Source: the human T2T-CHM13v2.0 reference genome, Homo sapiens. From it: a stretch of DNA of 64,000 nucleotides. Positions 57,990 through 64,000 of this stretch are shown here, piece after piece. The stretch lies in assembly GCF_009914755.1 (NCBI RefSeq), contig NC_060928.1, one strand, 5' to 3'. The translations under genes were made by a program, and so were the position numbers. Numbering within the stretch: the stretch's first letter is position 1; every line of letters starts with the position of its first letter. The notes beneath the pieces were generated by a model, which was not told where the DNA came from, searched no databases, and was given only the letters and a program-made list of their open reading frames with translations.

Positions 57990-58384
57990 TGACAGAGTTT
58001 AGATATATGTCCCTGCCAAATCTCATGTTGAAATGTAATCCCCAGTGTTGGAGGTGGGGCCTGGTGAGAGGTGCTTGGGGCAGGAGGGCAGATCCCTTAT
58101 GGCTTAGTGCTGTCCTGGCAATAGTCAGTGAGTTCTCGTTAAAAGTGTGTGGCACTTCCCTGCCACTCTCTCTCTCTTGCTCCTGCTCTCACCATGTGAC
58201 CTGCCTGCTCCTGCTTCACCTTCCACCTTGAGTAAAAGCTTCCTGAGGTCTCCTCAGAAGCTGAGCAGATGCTGGTGCCATGCCTGTACATCCTGCAGAA
58301 ACATGAGATGAATAAACCTGTTTTCTTTATAAATTACCCAGTCTCAGGTAGTCCTTTATAGAAACACAAGAACGGCCTAACACA
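57990..58384 (+). mobile_element. MST-type (MSTA/B) MaLR solo LTR
   Basis: tg...ccaaatctcatgttgaaatgtaatcccc...ataaattacccagtctcaggta...cctaacaca. Confidence 0.88.
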
Positions 58385-58446
58385 CTACATAATGTAACTA
58401 ATTGAGTGAGTGACTTCCTATCACCTTTAAAAAAAAAAAAAAAATT

Positions 58447-58745
58447 GGTCAAGAGCAGTGGCTCACGCCTGTAATCTCAACACTTTGGGAGGCCGAGGCA
58501 GTTGGATCACCTAAGGCCAGAAGTTCGAGACTAGCCTGGCCAACATGGCAAAACCCCATCTCTACTAAAACTGCAAAAATTAGCTGGGCATCATGGGCAC
58601 CTGTAATCCCAGATACTCAGAAGGCTAAGGCAGGAGAATCACTTGAACCCGAGAGGCAGAGGTTGCAGTGAGCCGAGATCATGCCATTTCACTCCAGCCT
58701 GGGCAACAAGACTGAAACTCCATCTCAATAACAGTAATAATGATA
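58447..58745 (+). mobile_element. Alu (AluS-type)
   Basis: Full dimer with (taa)-type tail. Confidence 0.9.
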
Positions 58746-58749
58746 ATTT

Positions 58750-59429
58750 CAACCTTTATTTTAGGTTCAGGAGGTACACGTGCAGATTTGTTACATGGGG
58801 GTATTGTATGATGCTGAGGTTTGGGGTACAAATGATTCTGTCACCCAGGTAGTAAGCATAGTACCCCAATAGGTAGTTTTTCAGCCCCTCCCTCCCTCCC
58901 CTCTCCTCTCATAGACCCCAGCATCTGTTGTTGTCATTTTTATGTCCATGTGTACCCAGTGCTTAGTTTCCACTTTTTTTTTTTTCAAGTTGGAGTCTCG
59001 CTCTGTCACCCAGGCTGGAGTGCAGTGGCAATATCTCTGCTCACTGCAACTTCCACCTTCGAGGTTCAAGCAATTCTCCCTGCCTCAACCTCCTGAGTAG
59101 CTGGGATTACAGGCACCTGCCACCACACCCAGCTAATTTCTGTATTTTTGTAGAGACGGCGTTTCACCATGTTGGCCAGGCTGGTCTCAAACTCCTGACC
59201 TCAAGTGATTCACCCACCTCACCCTCCCAAAGTGCTGGGATTACAGGCGTGAACCAATGCGCCTGGCCAGTTTCCACTTATAAGCGAGAACATGTGGTAC
59301 TTAGTTTTCTGTGCCTGTATTAATTTGCTTAGGATAATGGCCTCCAGCCACATCCATGTTGCTGCAAAGGATAAAATTTTGTTCTTTTTTATGGCTGCAT
59401 AGTATCTCATGGTGTGTATGTACCACATT
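58750..59429 (-). mobile_element. Older L1PA/L1PB 3' end with nested antisense Alu at 58974-59268
   Basis: L1 3'UTR on both sides of the Alu. Alu TSD agtttccactt. Confidence 0.88.
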
Positions 59430-60038
59430 TTCCTATCACCTTTATATTCTGCTGGTTAAAAACAAGTCACAGGTTCTGTCTACACTGAAGGCCAGGGGAT
59501 TCTACAAAGGTTTGACTTGTGGTTTAGGATATGTTCACCATGTTGCAGAAATTATATATATATTTTTTAACAAAATTGGCCACTATTTAGTATGCTTTTT
59601 TCTTTGTACATGAAGCACTTTTGAAAAAAAGTCACTGACTACAGTCTTAGTTACCAAGTTGAAATCAAAGATAGATTTTTCTTCCAACTGCAAGAAAAAT
59701 TCAGTGAGTTTAGAAGAAAAAAGTTATTCTACTCAGCTGGGTTTGACAGAAACACTATTTCTGTGGCCTCCTGTCCCCATCCCCTAGTTATGCCTTAAGG
59801 CCCTTCTCAAATATCTTCTCCAGAAAGACTTTCCTAATACTTCTAACTGGAATTGTTCTCCATTTTAGTGCCCATTTATTATTGTACTTCCGGTTTACTT
59901 TACCATTATTTGGATAGATGATTTGTCTCTCTGTCTGGTTGGTAACTGAAGGTAACAGAAACTCAGCAAACAGATGTTACATTCATGAGATCACATATTT
60001 TATATATGTGTGTGTGTGTGTGTGTGTCTGCGTGTGTA

Positions 60039-60333
<295 letters not shown>

Positions 60334-61118
60334 CACATATTATATTTTTGAAGCCTCTCCGGCAGTATAATATATGCTAACATAAGGTTTGATGAATTAT
60401 AAAAGCAATTAATTTTAGGTATTGGGACACACTAAAATCTATCCAGTGTAGATTTCCACACTGGGAGAGCAATAGCCTGTCATAGCAGCTTTGCAATCAG
60501 ATAGCCCTGAGATCCATGCCTGACATCTCCAATTAATGGCTGTGTGACCTGGAGCAAGAAACTTAATGTCGCTAAATCTCACTTTCCTTAATAGAGTCAT
60601 TACTGAATAAATATCAAGCTATTCTTAATATCAACTTGGAAGTATTAACATTTCTTAACACAGTTCACACCAGGGCACGGACTCCACAGTTTAACCTCAT
60701 CTCCAGGAGGTTAGCATGCACACGTATCATGTTCATTCGGTAGGACAGTAACCTGCTAGCAAATGTAGACTAAATAAACACTGGATCATTCCTGTAGTTA
60801 TTTATAAATAGTCTCCATCTTTGGTTGTGATTTTAGTGGTTAGAATACTAGAAAAAGAGTGGGTAGAGGGACAGGACATAAGGAATTCCATGTTAATCAG
60901 TAGCATGGGAAGGCTGGTCATTTTCACAAAACCAAGGGAGATGAAATAAGATTGTCCTAAACACTGTTCTGAGAATTACACAGAACATGAAAGGCTGCTT
61001 GGAGTGAGTCAGAGCTGGGATGTTATAACAGATCCGGGCTCTGTCGAACACTCAGTCCCCCTTGCCAAATGTAGGAATTCACAAGATCAGGCTCAAACTT
61101 AAAAGTCAATTTCTTGTA

Positions 61119-61408
61119 GGCTGGGTGCTCACGGCTGTAATCCCAGCACTTCGGGAGGCCGAGGCGGGTGGATTGCTTGAGCACAGGAATTCAAGACCAG
61201 CCTGAGCAACATGGTGCAACTCTGTCTCTACAAAAAAGTCCAAAAATTAGCTGGGCTTGGCGGCATGCGCCTGTAGTCCCAGCTACTCAGGAGGCTGAGG
61301 TGGGAGGATCACTTGAGCCCAGGAGGCTGAGGTTGCAGTGAGCAGAGATCACGCCACTGCAGTCCAGCCTGAGGGAGACCCCGCCTAAAAAACAAAACAA
61401 ACCAAAAA
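61119..61408 (+). mobile_element. AluJ
   Basis: TSD aaaagtc(a/t)atttctt. Confidence 0.9.
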
Positions 61409-62489
61409 GTCTATTTCTTAAATACCATGCTAGAGTTATGTTCATTCCTTGCAGTCATCTAATCAGTTCCCATAACTTTCTTGATAAAAGGCAGATGTTG
61501 CTTTTCCATAGAATAGAGATGGTTATCTTGGCCAAGGTGTTTATGCAGGAGTGCGGGTACTAAGATGATTCTAGATTTGTACCTTTTTAAAAGTCTGTTG
61601 TACAGTTCTGTGTTCTGAGATTAGGTGGCATTGTGTTTCCTTTTTACGTTTTTTATTCTGTTTCCACAGAGAACATTTACACACTTTCAAATGATCCTGA
61701 TAACTATTCCATACATATGATATCATTGGCATCTATATACTTTGAAAATATGGTAGTAATTTTTTTTTGCCATTTATATCTACTGGTGACCCCCATAACT
61801 TGAAGCTACTTTTTAGTGACCACAAAACTTACTTAAATTCCCAATGTATATTATTATTATTTCCAGTACCTAAAATCTTTTAAAACTTATAGTATAAATA
61901 ATTACAAAATAACTTTGAGGAGAAATTTAGAGAGTGAAAAGAGTAAGAGAGAAGAGAAACAAGAGGAGGAGAAGAAAGAGGAGGCAGCCTAGACTTGTGA
62001 CCAAAGCTTTTACATGGGGTGAAAAAAAGCTAAACTATATTAAGAGTACATTTATGAGACAATGGCAAAGCGAACAAGCAAGAGAAAGGATTTTGACATA
62101 TCTCAGTTGACATTATGAAAACTCTCATTGCTTATCCTTGGAGGAAATATAGCAACCACCTGACTACTCACAAGCAGCAAATGCTAGAGAAGACTCTCCC
62201 CTCTTAATATCAATAAACTAATCCCCACCTTACATGCCATTTAAGTACAAGGAGAAAGTAGGGAGGTATATAGGCTTTTAGTTCTTTTAACATTTGAGAA
62301 CCCATTTTGGCCCCAAGTTTAGATACCTCAACATTTCTGTCACTAACCTTCTTCCCTCCCTCCTTCCCCTGCTTCCTGACCCCCCAAACCCACCCCTTTG
62401 TCTCTCTCTCTCCCCCGACCCTCTCCTCCTCTTCCCTTGCTTCTGAGTTGGGAGGGATTTGAGAAGAATGAACCCATACCAACTCCGCC

Positions 62490-63005
62490 CTAGCCAGCAT
62501 TCAAGATGGCCCCATGAATCTTGTCTCCTGGTATTCATGCTTTTTCTGTAGTCTCCTCCCATATGGACTCAGAGTTGGTCTGTGTAACTCACAGGGTGTA
62601 GTGGGGGTGACAGTGTGTCACTTCCAAGGCTGGGTTAAAAAAATGCACAGTGGCTTCCTACGTGCACCCTCTCTGTCAACTTCCATTTTGATAGGATGCT
62701 CACTCATCACGTGTAGAGGCCCATGCAGATAGGAACTGGGGCCTCCCAGTGACGACCAGCACCAACTTGCCAGCCGTGTGACCGAACCACCTTGGCAATG
62801 GATCCTTCAGCCATAGTCAGGCCTTTAGCTGACTGCGGCCTTGGTCAACATCCTGACTGCAAACTCACGAGAGACACAGAGCCAGACCCCCCAGCTAGAC
62901 CACTGCCAAATTCTTGCCTCAGAGAAACCATAAGAGACAGTTAATGCTTATTGTTGTTCTAAGCCAATAAATTTTGAGGTAATAGGTTATGCAACAAGTA
63001 CATAC
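62490..63005 (+). mobile_element. MLT1F-type LTR
   Basis: aagatggcccc...cagcaccaacttgccagcc...ttgttgttctaagcca...ttatgcaaca. Confidence 0.8.
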
Positions 63006-63744
63006 TATGTAATAGGTATGCAATAGTATACAATAATACAAATACTTTAAAAGAAAAGTCAGAAATCTAAGGATAACAAATTCAGAGCTTTTTAAAATAA
63101 GAATGTTATCTCCCTTGAGTATTTAGAGCCTCTAGTAATTGTCCTTGTAGAATTTGAAGAAGGTTGCAAACTTTCCTTCTTTGTTATTTAGAGAAAATGT
63201 GTAACAAAACCTATAAGAAATCACTGCTAATCTATACCTCAGGAGCCTCATCTCCTGATAACTTTTTTTGGCAAAATATCAGTGCTCTTCCATTGTGTGT
63301 GTTCAAAGTTTTAGTCATCCTTACTTAGTTAAGATGATTATATATGAGTATACCTTTTAGTTAACTTCCTTTTGATACATGGTTTATTTCATGCCTAGGG
63401 TAATGATTGATGTTTATTCAAATGAGCTGATGTGGATGCAAGTTCCTCAGTGCTATACAGTAAAATTGCTGTTGACATCTTCCAGAACAAAACTGAGATA
63501 AGATCCTAATTGTGGATTCCCAAATATTACTTTTCAAATACTGTTACATTATGCTGACTATTATTTTCCATTCTGGTGCTTCTTAAGCTCATTACATGGT
63601 GATGATTTGTATATGGGAACAGTCTGAAGAAAAACAATTGTGTGATTTTAGATAAAAACAGGATTCAACCGAGATATGGAGTATCTCAAAGTAAAATGTG
63701 CTATTCCCATCTTTCTATTCTGTGTTTGGCTCCAAGTCCTTAAA

Positions 63745-63960
63745 CATTCATTCAATACACACTATACAGATGTTCAAAGAATGCCTAGTGTGCATTGCTT
63801 AGTGCTCAACTGTGCTAAGCATTATTCCACACATGGGGATGGAACAATGAACAAGACAAACAAAGGTTCTGCCCTCATGAAGTTTACATTTTAGTCTGGG
63901 AGACAGTTAATAGGAAAACAAGTATAAAACAATATAATGTGGGATATTGTTAAGTACTAA
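63745..63960 (-). mobile_element. L2 3' end
   Basis: cattcattcaa...ctgccctcatgaagtttacattttagt. Confidence 0.7.
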
Positions 63961-63972
63961 AAAGAAAAGGGT

Positions 63973-64000
63973 GGCCGGGCGCAGTGGCTCACGTCTGTAA
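63973..64000 (+). mobile_element. Start of an Alu cut by the window end
   Basis: ggccgggcgcagtggctcacgtctgtaa. Confidence 0.85.

Larger units (their letters stand above)
57503..59545 (-). mobile_element. MLT1D/E-type LTR fragmented by later insertions
   Basis: Pieces at 57503-57989, 58385-58429 and 59430-59545. Confidence 0.75.

Overview
Primate (almost certainly human) genomic DNA from inside the palladin gene (PALLD), transcribed on the + strand. Three coding exons splice in frame: a 24-nt microexon (244-267), a 120-nt exon completing an Ig I-set domain (18002-18121) and a 343-nt exon with the FPPPPP motif (20602-20944). The remainder is intron, and the long intron starting at 20945 runs past the window end. 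It is rich in Alu, L1/HAL1, L2, MIR, MaLR LTR and DNA-transposon relics (MER30, MER85, MER47A, MER5A) and has several minisatellites. Almost all supplied ORFs are repeat-derived or chance. I found no evidence of a new multi-gene system. The best leads are candidate truncating terminal exons or intronic polyadenylation sites of PALLD, a candidate intronic promoter near 53 kb, a MER85 retaining the CSB-PGBD3 palindrome, a long GGAA/GGGA tract beside an exon, two twin-primed L1 inversions, nested insertions and an unexplained dispersed duplication. Repeat families were assigned by eye from remembered consensus sequences; their boundaries are approximate unless a TSD is quoted.
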